In this document: in pieces, positions 55,726 through 64,000 of the stretch
How the letters are laid out: every line of letters begins with the position of its first letter
Numbering within the stretch: position 1 is the first letter of the stretch
Assembly (NCBI GenBank): GCA_020026215.1
Contig: JAHHQT010000001.1
Location: forward strand, 483-64,482
Source of the DNA: Muribaculaceae bacterium
GTDB lineage: Bacteria > Bacteroidota > Bacteroidia > Bacteroidales > Muribaculaceae
Direction: 5' to 3'
DNA length: 64,000 bases
Made by a program: the position numbers and the translations under genes
The notes under the pieces: generated by a model
Seen by the model: only the letters and a program-made list of their open reading frames with translations
What the model was told of the DNA's origin: nothing
Database searches by the model: none

Positions 55726-57003
55726 ATGAAAAAACGATTTCTATTGACATTGTCTTCCATCGCCTTGGTTTGTGTAAGTGCTTTTGCACAAACCACAAAA
55801 GAAGAAATGTTTGCAACTATTGAAAAGACAGGAAGTGTACACTATGCCTATCCAGTAACCGAGAGCTTGAACACAAAAGCCCCAAAAGGTTACACCCCAT
55901 TCTATATCAGCCACTACGGTCGTCATGGTTCAAGATTCTTGATTTCGTATGACAACTACGACGGCGTTTACCAAACTCTTCTTAAAGCTGAAAAAGAAGA
56001 CGCGTTGACCGAACTCGGCAAGGACGTGTTAAACAGAATGCACGACATCTGCGCCGAAGCCAAGGGGACAAGCGGTGAATTGACTCCTCTCGGACGACTT
56101 CAACACCGTGGCATTGCCGAACGTATGTATCGTGCTTTCCCTGAAGTTTTCCAAAACAGAGACTCCATTTCTGCACGTTCCACTTTGGTTCACCGTTGCG
56201 CTATGAGTATGGCTGCCTTCTGCGACCGCTTGAAGGAAATGAACCCTCAACTGAACATCTATTATCAAATGGACAAACGCTATGTAAGCTATTTGATTAA
56301 CCATACTCCGGAAGCGCAACAATTCAGCAGTATGCGCACAGGCTCATGGGCTGAAGAATACCGCAAATTCAAGGAAGAGCACATCAGACCAGACCGTTTG
56401 ATGTCTGCCCTATTCTCAAAAAGTGACTTTGTTCGCAAGAGAGTGAACCCAAGAAGTTTTATTTGGGACTTGTATTGGATTACCAGCGACTTGCAGAACA
56501 TGGAAACCAAATACTCTTTGTTCGACATTTTCGAAAAGGAAGAATTGTTCGACCTATGGCAATGCCTGAACTACCAACTTTATTCGGCGACAGCCAACAA
56601 TCCATTGGGTAAAGGCGTTGTTCCCGGAAATGCCAAAAATTTGGTACGCAACATCATTGAAAGTGCAGACGAGGCTATCGGTGATTCCAATATCGCAGCC
56701 ACTTTACGTTTCGGTCACGACAGCGGCATCACTCCTTTGGCTGCCTTGATGGAAATCAACAACTTTGCAGCGGAAAGTCCAAGCATTGAAGACACCTATA
56801 AATATTGGTGCGACTGGCAAGTATCGCCAATGGCTGCCAACCTTCAAATCATTTTCTTCAACAAGAAAAACGGTACAAAAGATGATATTCTCGTGAAAGT
56901 GCTTTACAACGAACGTGAAGCCAAAGTTCCTGTAAAAACCGATATGTTCCCATTCTACAAATGGACAGATTTCAGAGAATTCTATCTCAACAAGATTAAA
57001 TAG
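55726..57003 (+). CDS. Histidine acid phosphatase family protein (Minpp/phytase-like), secreted
   Basis: Signal peptide. RHGxRxP-type motif HYGRHGSRF and distal proton-donor motif FGHDSG. Confidence 0.8.
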   Translation: MKKRFLLTLSSIALVCVSAFAQTTKEEMFATIEKTGSVHYAYPVTESLNTKAPKGYTPFYISHYGRHGSRFLISYDNYDGVYQTLLKAEKEDALTELGKDVLNRMHDICAEAKGTSGELTPLGRLQHRGIAERMYRAFPEVFQNRDSISARSTLVHRCAMSMAAFCDRLKEMNPQLNIYYQMDKRYVSYLINHTPEAQQFSSMRTGSWAEEYRKFKEEHIRPDRLMSALFSKSDFVRKRVNPRSFIWDLYWITSDLQNMETKYSLFDIFEKEELFDLWQCLNYQLYSATANNPLGKGVVPGNAKNLVRNIIESADEAIGDSNIAATLRFGHDSGITPLAALMEINNFAAESPSIEDTYKYWCDWQVSPMAANLQIIFFNKKNGTKDDILVKVLYNEREAKVPVKTDMFPFYKWTDFREFYLNKIK

Positions 57004-57027
57004 AAGAAAACTATTCAGTATTATAGG

Positions 57028-57060
57028 ACAGCCGAAGTATCTTGATTGGACTTTGGCTGT
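57028..57060 (+). terminator. Rho-independent terminator of the phosphatase gene
   Basis: ACAGCCGAAG pairs with CTTTGGCTGT (one G-T pair), followed by TTTTTTT. Confidence 0.75.
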
Positions 57061-57244
57061 TTTTTTATATTTTTGGTTATTTAGCTCATCGATAAAAAGG
57101 TATCACAATAGATTCTATATTTGAAAAAACTGATTAACGGAGTCCGATTTATCCAACTTCATTTTTTTGTCATTCATAAGGGCTCTAAAACCTACTAAAG
57201 GTCTCTTTTTTAACCCTCGATTTTAATAATTGGTGAAAATTATA

Positions 57245-57252
57245 TAATTTTG
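57245..57252 (+). promoter_or_regulatory. -7 promoter box TAATTTTG
   Basis: Lies 24 nt upstream of the ATG at 57277. Confidence 0.45.
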
Positions 57253-57276
57253 AAGTCTGTTTTAAATTAAAATACA

Positions 57277-58239
57277 ATGAGAAAAGTATCACTTTTATCA
57301 ATTATCCTATTGTTTTTCACATTTATTGCACAAGCTCAAGTTCTTGAAAATATAAAATACGGTGATTTTCAACAATGGATAAAACGTACCATCAGTGAAT
57401 CTGCCATTATTGGTGGAGCAGATAAAGATCTTTACGAAATCGGTCCTAAACAACATATCGTAGGTAACAAAGCATACAGCAACATGGGAGGTTCTCCATG
57501 GGCTACTTCAAACGTTTACGCAAAAGTAGCCGGTGTTTCTAAAGGCAGTAATGCCGTATTCCCTGACAAACGTGCCGGAGGCAACTATTGCGCCAAACTT
57601 TCCACCATCATGGAACACGTGAAAACCTTGGGAATCATCAATCTTGACGTACTTGTATCGGGCAGTATCTATTTAGGAAAGATGATGGAACCGGTGAAAA
57701 ACACCAAGAGCCCTTACTCAAAGTTGGATATGGGCGTTCCGTTCAACAAACGTCCGAAATATCTTCAATACGACTATAAAGTATATGTACCGGAAGGTGC
57801 AAAAATGATTTACTCAAGTGGCTTCGGCAGCAAGAAAGTGTTGGAAGGTCGCAAAAATGCCTGCGAGGTATTCATCCTTCTTCAACAACGCTGGGAAGAC
57901 AAAGACGGCAACATCTACGCCAAACGTGTGGGTACAGGCCGCGAACGCTTCTATAAGAGCAGTCCGGGTTGGGTAAACGGCCATAAGTTGGAAATCCACT
58001 ATGGCGACATCACCAAAGAATCATTTTATAAACCTTATATGAACTTGGTTGCCAGTGACCGTCCTTACTATTCACACAACAAGAAAGGACAAATGAAACC
58101 TGTTCAGGAAGTGGGTTGGGCAGATGAGAATGCAACCCCAACACACATGATTATGATGTTCTCAGCAGGATGTGGTACTGCGTATGAGGGAACTATCGAT
58201 CAGACAATATGGATTGACAATGTAGCTTTGGGATATTAA
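57277..58239 (+). CDS. Secreted protein of unknown function (possibly PCMD-type putative carbohydrate-metabolism domain)
   Basis: Signal peptide MRKVSLLSIILLFFTFIAQAQ. 320 aa, beta-rich, ending WIDNVALGY. The family assignment is tentative recognition only. Confidence 0.5.
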   Translation: MRKVSLLSIILLFFTFIAQAQVLENIKYGDFQQWIKRTISESAIIGGADKDLYEIGPKQHIVGNKAYSNMGGSPWATSNVYAKVAGVSKGSNAVFPDKRAGGNYCAKLSTIMEHVKTLGIINLDVLVSGSIYLGKMMEPVKNTKSPYSKLDMGVPFNKRPKYLQYDYKVYVPEGAKMIYSSGFGSKKVLEGRKNACEVFILLQQRWEDKDGNIYAKRVGTGRERFYKSSPGWVNGHKLEIHYGDITKESFYKPYMNLVASDRPYYSHNKKGQMKPVQEVGWADENATPTHMIMMFSAGCGTAYEGTIDQTIWIDNVALGY

Positions 58240-58279
58240 TCTAACGCATCGGATTCAGAAAATTATTAAAACACTATCT

Positions 58280-59413
58280 ATGTCAGTAGAAATAAGGGTT
58301 ATCCCTAAAACAAAAAAAGAACTCAAGAAGTTTGTGCAATTTGGTATTGACCTTTACAAGGGAAACGACTGCTTTGTACCACCATTGGTAATTGATGAGG
58401 TAAACACACTAAACCCAGCATTCAATCCGGCATTCGAACTTTGCGACGCCGAATATTTCATGGCTTTCCGCGACGGGAAACCTGTGGGTAGAATTGCAGC
58501 CATCATCCAACACCGTTCCAACGAGACTCACCACCAAAAAGCCGTACGTTTCGGTTTCGTGGATTTCATCGACGATTACGAAGTGAGCAAGGCTTTGTTT
58601 GATGCAGCCATCGCATGGGGTAAGGAAAAAGGCATGAACACTATAATTGGCCCGTTCGGATTCTGCGATATGGACCATGAAGGAATGTTGGTCGAAGGTT
58701 TTGACCGCATCGGAACAATGGCAACTATCTACAACTACCCTTACTATCCCCAACATTTGGAGAAGATGGGATTTGAGAAACGTGCCGACTGGGTGGAATT
58801 CCGCATTAAAGTTCCAGATGCCATTCCTGAAAAGCACAAACGTATCAGCGAAATCGTTCAAAAGAAATACAACTTGCGAATCATCAAGTACAAGGATTCC
58901 AAGAAAGCAGTAGCCGAAGTGGGCCGTCCATTGTTCGACCTTATCAACGAGGCTTACGCAGACTTGTTTGAATACACCAAGTTGTCGGACAACCAAATTG
59001 ACTATTACGTGAAATATTATATAGGTATGGTACGTTTGGACTTGTTGACAGTTATCAAAGACCAGGACGACAACCTTGTCGGTTTGGGTATCGCCATTCC
59101 TGACTTGTCAAGAGCTTTGCAGAAGGCAAAAGGCAAGATATTGCCGTTCGGCTGGTATCACTTGATGCGTGCCATGTATTTCAACGTGACAGACACTGTT
59201 GATTTAATGTTGGTAGCCGTCAAGAAAGAATATCAGAACAAAGGTGTCAATGCCCTTTTGTTTACTGACTTGATTCCATATTTCCAAAAATACGGGTTCA
59301 AATATGCCGAAAGCAATCCGGAATTGGAATTGAACACCAAAGTTCAGTCTCAATGGCAATATTTCGAGACAGAACAACACAAACGCCGTCGTGCTTACGG
59401 AAAAGACATTTAA
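58280..59413 (+). CDS. GNAT-fold N-acyltransferase-like protein (two-lobed, unknown substrate)
   Basis: 377 aa. C-terminal acetyl-CoA-binding-type block LMLVAVKKEYQNKGVNALLF. The N-terminal lobe contains FMAFRDGKPVGRIAAI. Confidence 0.65.
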   Translation: MSVEIRVIPKTKKELKKFVQFGIDLYKGNDCFVPPLVIDEVNTLNPAFNPAFELCDAEYFMAFRDGKPVGRIAAIIQHRSNETHHQKAVRFGFVDFIDDYEVSKALFDAAIAWGKEKGMNTIIGPFGFCDMDHEGMLVEGFDRIGTMATIYNYPYYPQHLEKMGFEKRADWVEFRIKVPDAIPEKHKRISEIVQKKYNLRIIKYKDSKKAVAEVGRPLFDLINEAYADLFEYTKLSDNQIDYYVKYYIGMVRLDLLTVIKDQDDNLVGLGIAIPDLSRALQKAKGKILPFGWYHLMRAMYFNVTDTVDLMLVAVKKEYQNKGVNALLFTDLIPYFQKYGFKYAESNPELELNTKVQSQWQYFETEQHKRRRAYGKDI

Positions 59414-59437
59414 TTGATTCAAATCAATTAAAAATAC

Positions 59438-59467
59438 AGGCGATGTCGGGGAAATACGACATCGCCT
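59438..59467 (+). terminator. Rho-independent terminator after the GNAT-like gene
   Basis: AGGCGATGTCG pairs with CGACATCGCCT as a perfect 11-bp stem, followed by TTTT. Confidence 0.8.
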
Positions 59468-59529
59468 TTTCTATTATCATATTTGGGGATTGAAAAAGAT
59501 TTATTAAGATCCTTAAAAAAAGTAAGATT

Positions 59530-59827
59530 ATGAAATTATTTCGGCTTCGGATTAGTATTCTTGATGCTTTGCGCAGGTTTTTCATTCTGCGGTGGTGATG
59601 ATGAACCTGACGGAGGAAACAGCCCGATTTACCTATGACGAAAAAGGAAAATTATCCAAAGCTACACACACTACGAAGAGACACTTGTCACCTACTTTAC
59701 TAATTATTCATTTAAAGACTTGAATGAAGACGGCATAATTACGCCAAACGAAAAGGATGTGCGTGAAGATACAGGTTCAAACATTCATCAAAGTGCAAAA
59801 TACACTTATACTTGGGGAAAGAAATAA
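59530..59827 (+). pseudogene. Disrupted small lipoprotein gene
   Basis: The ATG at 59530 is in frame 1 and stops after 22 codons. The lipoprotein signal (GLVFLMLCAGFSFCGGDDEPDGG) is in the +1 frame and hits TGA at 59636..59638. FTYDEKGKLSKATH is in the third frame. The tail YEETLVTYFTNYSFKDLNEDG...YTYTWGKK-stop returns to the second frame (stop 59825..59827). Confidence 0.55.
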
Positions 59828-59845
59828 CTGACAATAAACAATTTA

Positions 59846-59876
59846 GTGCGGGAGATATACAATATATCTCCCGCAC
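59846..59876. terminator. Bidirectional terminator
   Basis: GTGCGGGAGATAT pairs with ATATCTCCCGCAC as a perfect 13-bp stem with a 5-nt loop, followed by TTTTTT. Confidence 0.8.
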
Positions 59877-59880
59877 TTTT

Positions 59881-60459
59881 TTATTCTTTTGTAAGATCTT
59901 CAATTTGTTGGATGGTCTCCTTGATGGCACGTTGTTTCTTGCGATAATAATATACCCCACAAACACTACCGAAGACACCACCGACAATACCACCCACTAT
60001 TGCACCTGAAACAAAATCGGAATTGCCCTGGGAATTCAATTCAATGGTCCACCATATATACCAAAGAATCAGAAAAGGGATACTGAAGAACAGCCAACGT
60101 TGGTTATTGCGATGCAAACGGATGAGTCTGCGACTTGTTTCACACAAGTCTCCCGACATAAAATCTTTTTTGCGCAATCCCCTCCAATCGTAATGAGTCA
60201 GTATAATAGAAAGCAGAAAGAAAACCGCTGTGACCAATACAAACGTCAACGACATCTTTAATACAAAATAAAACAGAGCAAGGATAGGAAGTACCAATAG
60301 AATTGTCCAGCGTTCGCGTCTGAAGCTTGAAATATTGGTGTTCATTGTCTTACGCAACAGTTGTTCGTTCAACAATTGTTCATTTTCCAATTTACGTTTC
60401 AACATATTCAGTTGGTCACGCATTTCCTGAAATTCCAAATTATCATTCAATTTTTCCAT
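59881..60459 (-). CDS. Four-TM membrane protein with N-terminal coiled coil; candidate anti-sigma partner of the upstream ECF sigma
   Basis: Starts 7 nt after the sigma gene stop. N-terminal heptad-like LEFQEMRDQLNMLKRKLENEQLLNEQLL, then four hydrophobic helices. No zinc anti-sigma HxxxCxxC motif. Confidence 0.55.
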   Translation of the reverse strand: MEKLNDNLEFQEMRDQLNMLKRKLENEQLLNEQLLRKTMNTNISSFRRERWTILLVLPILALFYFVLKMSLTFVLVTAVFFLLSIILTHYDWRGLRKKDFMSGDLCETSRRLIRLHRNNQRWLFFSIPFLILWYIWWTIELNSQGNSDFVSGAIVGGIVGGVFGSVCGVYYYRKKQRAIKETIQQIEDLTKE

Positions 60460-60465
60460 AGTTGA

Positions 60466-60942
60466 CTAATCTTTACTGTTTGACATTTTCTTTAATTCTT
60501 CCTTGATGCGATAAAGGCGTACGGAAACATTCTTTGCCGTGATACCTACAATCTCACCAATCTCCTCATAGTTCACCCCTTCCAGCCACAACAGCACAAT
60601 GGCACGGTTAAATGGCTGTAGGGCATGAATCCGCCGATAGAGCATCTGGATTTGCTTGGTGTCTTCATCCCTATCTTCAAACAGGTTGATGTCAATGGAG
60701 AGTTGCTGCGTCGAATGGCTCTTTTTCTTCCGTTGCTGGGAAATGCAGGTGTTGAATGCCACTCTCCAAATCCAAGTAGAGACATTGCTCTTACCTTGAA
60801 AATTGGGAAATCCCTTCCACAGATTAATCAAGGTCTCCTGAAAGAGGTCGTTGATTTCATCGTTGTCGTTCGAGAACATATAACAAACCGTATATATTGT
60901 ATTGCTATAGGTCTTGACGACTTTCTCAAATTCTTTTTCCAT
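60466..60942 (-). CDS. ECF-type RNA polymerase sigma-70 family factor
   Basis: Region 2 reads DLFQETLINLWKGFPNFQGKSNVSTWIWRVAFNTCI. Region 4 helix-turn-helix reads YEEIGEIVGITAKNVSVRLYRIKEEL. 158 aa. Confidence 0.88.
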   Translation of the reverse strand: MEKEFEKVVKTYSNTIYTVCYMFSNDNDEINDLFQETLINLWKGFPNFQGKSNVSTWIWRVAFNTCISQQRKKKSHSTQQLSIDINLFEDRDEDTKQIQMLYRRIHALQPFNRAIVLLWLEGVNYEEIGEIVGITAKNVSVRLYRIKEELKKMSNSKD

Positions 60943-61051
60943 AATAAAGTTCTAAGATTTTCTTCTTTTTTACCCGTTAGACGTACGGGCAACTCCATTT
61001 ACTACAAAGATTAGCAATTATTTTCAAAAAATTCATTTGGACACAAAAAAA

Positions 61052-61084
61052 GAACGGGGAGAAACATAATGTTTCTCCCCGTTC
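61052..61084 (-). terminator. Rho-independent terminator of fabD
   Basis: GAACGGGGAGAAAC pairs with GTTTCTCCCCGTTC as a perfect 14-bp stem. TTTTTTT follows on the minus strand. Confidence 0.85.
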
Positions 61085-61111
61085 GCGTATAATTATCAAA
61101 CAATCTTCTGA

Positions 61112-61990
61112 TTATTGACGACCTGAAGTAGCAACTTCGCGGCTGATTTTGCGAATCAAACCTTGAAGAACTGCACCCGGGCCTAATTCTACGAATTCAA
61201 CAGCACCGTCTTCGATCATCTTCTGAGTTAATTGAGTCCATTTTACTGGAGAAGTCAATTGAGCAATCAAGTTAGCCTTGATTTCTTCAGGATTAGTGTG
61301 AGGCAATGCATCTACGTTTTGGTAGATTGGGCAAACCGGAGTTTGGAATTGAGCAGCATTGATAGCAGCAGCCAATTCAGCGTGAGCAGGTTGCATCAAT
61401 ACAGAGTGGAATGCACCACCAACTTTCAATTTCAAAGCACGGCGAGCACCAGCGGCAAGCGCTTTTTCGCAAGCAGCGTCGATACCGGCTTCAACACCTG
61501 AGATAACAATTTGTCCCGGGCAGTTGTAGTTAGCCGGAGCAACGATTTCATCTATAGAGTTACAAATATCTTCAACTTGTTCGTTAGTTAGACCAAGAAC
61601 AGCAGCCATTGTAGAAGGTTGAGCTTCACATGCTTTTTGCATAGCCATTGCACGAGTAGCCACCAAACGCAAACCATCTTCGAAAGATAGTGCACCTGCT
61701 GCAACCAATGCAGAGAATTCACCAAGAGAGTGACCTGCGACCATATCAGGTTTGAATTCTTCACCCATTGTTTTGGCAAGGATTACAGAATGTAGGAAAA
61801 TAGCAGGTTGTGTTACTTTGGTTTGGCGAAGGTCTTCTTCAGTTCCATTAAACATAAGGTCCGTAATGCGGAAACCTAAGATTTCATTTGCTTTTTCAAA
61901 TAATTCTTTTGCTGTAGCGTTGTTGTCGTAAAGGTCTTTACCCATTCCGACAAATTGAGCTCCCTGACCGGGAAATACAAATGCTTTCAT
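61112..61990 (-). CDS. fabD: Malonyl CoA-acyl carrier protein transacylase
   Basis: FPGQGAQFVGMG and active-site GHSLGEFSAL. 292 aa. Confidence 0.95.
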   Translation of the reverse strand: MKAFVFPGQGAQFVGMGKDLYDNNATAKELFEKANEILGFRITDLMFNGTEEDLRQTKVTQPAIFLHSVILAKTMGEEFKPDMVAGHSLGEFSALVAAGALSFEDGLRLVATRAMAMQKACEAQPSTMAAVLGLTNEQVEDICNSIDEIVAPANYNCPGQIVISGVEAGIDAACEKALAAGARRALKLKVGGAFHSVLMQPAHAELAAAINAAQFQTPVCPIYQNVDALPHTNPEEIKANLIAQLTSPVKWTQLTQKMIEDGAVEFVELGPGAVLQGLIRKISREVATSGRQ

Positions 61991-62023
61991 AAGCGTGTTC
62001 TAATTATTATTTTAAATCGGATG

Positions 62024-62031
62024 CAAATTTA
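62024..62031 (-). promoter_or_regulatory. -7 promoter box (TAAATTTG on the minus strand)
   Basis: CAAATTTA on the plus strand, 34 nt upstream of the fabD ATG at 61990. Confidence 0.45.
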
Positions 62032-62146
62032 AGAAAAATTTCTTTAATTAAACAAATTCTCCCTCAAATTTCTGACATTTAAGCATTAAAGGTCTTAAAT
62101 TCATAGAAATAACAGCCAATTAGAACGACAAGACAAGTTTTTCAAC

Positions 62147-63370
62147 CTATTTCATCAAAGAATATTGATTCAGAAAATCCACCAGTTTTCGGGTATTTTC
62201 GTCCAAATCCTCCTCAACGCCATGAACCGTCACATAGTGACAGATATCCTTCAACAACACGACATCCTCTCCTGAAAAGTTCTTGTCTTCAACGGTCAAA
62301 TTTCCTTCGGCATCAATCATACCCATTTTCTGTGCTTGCAGCGTCATGCGTTCGATTTGCGACTGCATACCTATATAATGGGCAAAATGCGGAGGTATGA
62401 CAGTAAACACCAAATACACCAAGAAAACGGAAATGAACATACGGCGGAACGGTACTTCTTTCTTCAACAGCATCCAAACGACATAGGAAGTTGCCAAAAG
62501 TCCACTGATGAGAAGAAACACTCGCGTTTCAGTAAAACGATATTGCTCAATTTCTTCAAACAGACTAATCCAGAAGCCAAACAGCAATGGGATTACTATC
62601 ATCGGGAAAGACTTGAAAATCTTGGTGAAGAAAGTCTTGCTGTAGTGCCCTATCGACAATTTGTAAATCATACCCAGCACGATTGCCAACAGAGTGATTT
62701 CCATATAGCCATAGGAGTAGAAATTGTCCTTGACAATAAAGGAAAGCAACGCAATGTAGAGCACAACAGTTATGGATAAAGTCAGCGCAGGCAGGGCAAA
62801 ATTGACCACATAGCCGAAAATCTTATGAAACGCTCCGCGTTCGGTTCGGTTTCTATACCAAAAGCAAACCAACAGGGTTTCGGCAAAAAGGAGCATCATG
62901 ACAACAGGAAAATAGTCAGTACCCTCTTTCAACGGATAGCCTGCCAAATCAAAGATATAGGAAGCTGCGGTATAGAATAGTGCAAGAGTCAGAAAAGCCA
63001 AGAATAGCATCTCGCCCTTTTCAAAGAAACGAGCCATGTATTCTTCCGGTTCTTTCGACTTGTGATGCGACAAGAACAAAAGCACCACCGACACCGACAC
63101 ATATAATATAGAAACGATTTCACGCAAATAGTAGTTTTTGAGGTTAGCAACAACAAGCAGTATAATCAAGGTCAAAAGGAAATACAACGACCTGAATTTG
63201 CCTGTAAACGTATTGCTCAACACATTGACCAACAAAATTACGATGGGAGCAAAAAGTACCAGAGAATCACCAAAGACAAATGGCGAGATAAGGGCTATCA
63301 GCGTCTCCATCGGGTAACGCTTGAGTAATCCCTTAATGGTTTGTTTTAAAGACGATAATATTTTTTCCAT
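62147..63370 (-). CDS. Polytopic membrane protein (about 10 TM helices, unknown function, soluble C-terminal tail)
   Basis: The ATG at 63370 (MEKILSSLKQT) is preferred. Hydrophobic helices run throughout, and the C-terminal approximately 70 aa are hydrophilic. Confidence 0.7.
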   Translation of the reverse strand: MEKILSSLKQTIKGLLKRYPMETLIALISPFVFGDSLVLFAPIVILLVNVLSNTFTGKFRSLYFLLTLIILLVVANLKNYYLREIVSILYVSVSVVLLFLSHHKSKEPEEYMARFFEKGEMLFLAFLTLALFYTAASYIFDLAGYPLKEGTDYFPVVMMLLFAETLLVCFWYRNRTERGAFHKIFGYVVNFALPALTLSITVVLYIALLSFIVKDNFYSYGYMEITLLAIVLGMIYKLSIGHYSKTFFTKIFKSFPMIVIPLLFGFWISLFEEIEQYRFTETRVFLLISGLLATSYVVWMLLKKEVPFRRMFISVFLVYLVFTVIPPHFAHYIGMQSQIERMTLQAQKMGMIDAEGNLTVEDKNFSGEDVVLLKDICHYVTVHGVEEDLDENTRKLVDFLNQYSLMK

Positions 63371-63463
63371 TGTATCAAGTTTGACATCATATAATAAATA
63401 TACCCATTTATACACCAATGGTTTAAACCACGGCGCAAAGCATTGTCAGAAACGGAGCATCCG

Positions 63464-64000
63464 CTATTCGTTGGTGATGATTGGCAATTCGATGCGGAAT
63501 ACTGTACCGACATTGATTTCAGAGGATTTCACAAATATTTTTCCTCCGTGATATTCCTCAATGATACGTTTTGCCAAAGTCAAGCCCAAGCCCCAACCGC
63601 GTTTTTTTGTGGTGAATCCGGGATTGAACACGTTCTTGAAGTTTTTCTTCGACAGCCCCTTTCCGGAGTCTGCCACTTCGATATATGCTTTTTGATGATC
63701 GTAGCCTACTGTCACGTCCAAATGTCCGCAACCGCGCATAGCGTCAACGGCATTTTTCGCCAAGTTCTCCATCACCCACTCAAACAACGGCAGACACAAT
63801 CTAACACCGCAATCGTTTTCGGGCAAATGAATATTCAATTCCACATTGGAAGAAATACGCGCACGCATATATTCCAACCCTTTGGTAACAGCCTCACAGA
63901 TATAAGCCAATTCCATTTCAGGTTTGGAACCTATTTTTGAAAAACGGTCGGCAATCATCGACAATCGTTTCACATCCTTGTTCATATCGTCAACAATTTC
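63464..64000 (-). CDS. Sensor histidine kinase, C-terminal part only (5' end lies beyond the right window edge)
   Basis: The frame stays open to position 64000. HATPase_c boxes: N box NLAKNAVDA, G1 VADSGKGL, G2 GWGLGLTLAKRII. Confidence 0.8.
   Translation of the reverse strand, partial: EIVDDMNKDVKRLSMIADRFSKIGSKPEMELAYICEAVTKGLEYMRARISSNVELNIHLPENDCGVRLCLPLFEWVMENLAKNAVDAMRGCGHLDVTVGYDHQKAYIEVADSGKGLSKKNFKNVFNPGFTTKKRGWGLGLTLAKRIIEEYHGGKIFVKSSEINVGTVFRIELPIITNE

Noticed and set aside
1-64000. CRISPR arrays, IS elements, prophage or known defence-system genes anywhere in the window.
   Set aside because: I saw no regularly spaced direct repeats. No ORF translations have transposase, integrase, Cas, restriction-modification, abortive-infection or phage-structural hallmarks. 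All large ORFs are accounted for by the calls above.

Overview
This 64-kb window looks like ordinary chromosome from a Bacteroidota bacterium, probably Bacteroidales and Prevotella-like. The taxon call rests on a SusC/SusD pair, four proteins ending in T9SS type-A C-terminal sorting domains, TAnnTTTG -7 promoter boxes in front of most transcription units, no Shine-Dalgarno use, and roughly 40-45% GC by eye. I call about 55 protein genes, 2 tRNAs, 1 multiply disrupted lipoprotein pseudogene, about 22 hairpin terminators and about 23 candidate -7 boxes.

Most genes are housekeeping:
- Core functions: asnA, queF-queC, queA, folB, menA, recF, tatA-tatA-tatC, polA, a polyprenyl synthase, rnhB, adk, hpt, nagB, gltX, surE, fabD.
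- Accessory-looking content: three giant T9SS-sorted, adhesin-like proteins in tandem (5.5-14.9 kb); a starch-type Sus-like locus whose GH13 amylase carries a T9SS sorting domain (47.9-55.5 kb); an orphan TonB-dependent receptor; an ECF sigma factor with a non-canonical membrane partner.

I found no CRISPR array, IS element, integrase, phage or defence genes, or rRNA. I also found no convincing self-contained novel system.

The items most worth a second look:
- The T9SS adhesin-like gene triad.
- The T9SS-dependent amylase inside a regulator-less Sus-like locus, with a TTACAA repeat cluster upstream of susC.
- A 1.58-kb AT-rich ORF-free tract between hpt and nagB. It contains strong hairpins and a promoter/terminator-bracketed 40-codon hydrophobic ORF.
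- An old tandem tatA duplication.
- A PfkB-like protein whose catalytic GAGD motif looks degenerate.
- A tandem pair of small two-TM paralogues.

All family assignments come from motif recognition by eye and need HMM or BLAST confirmation.
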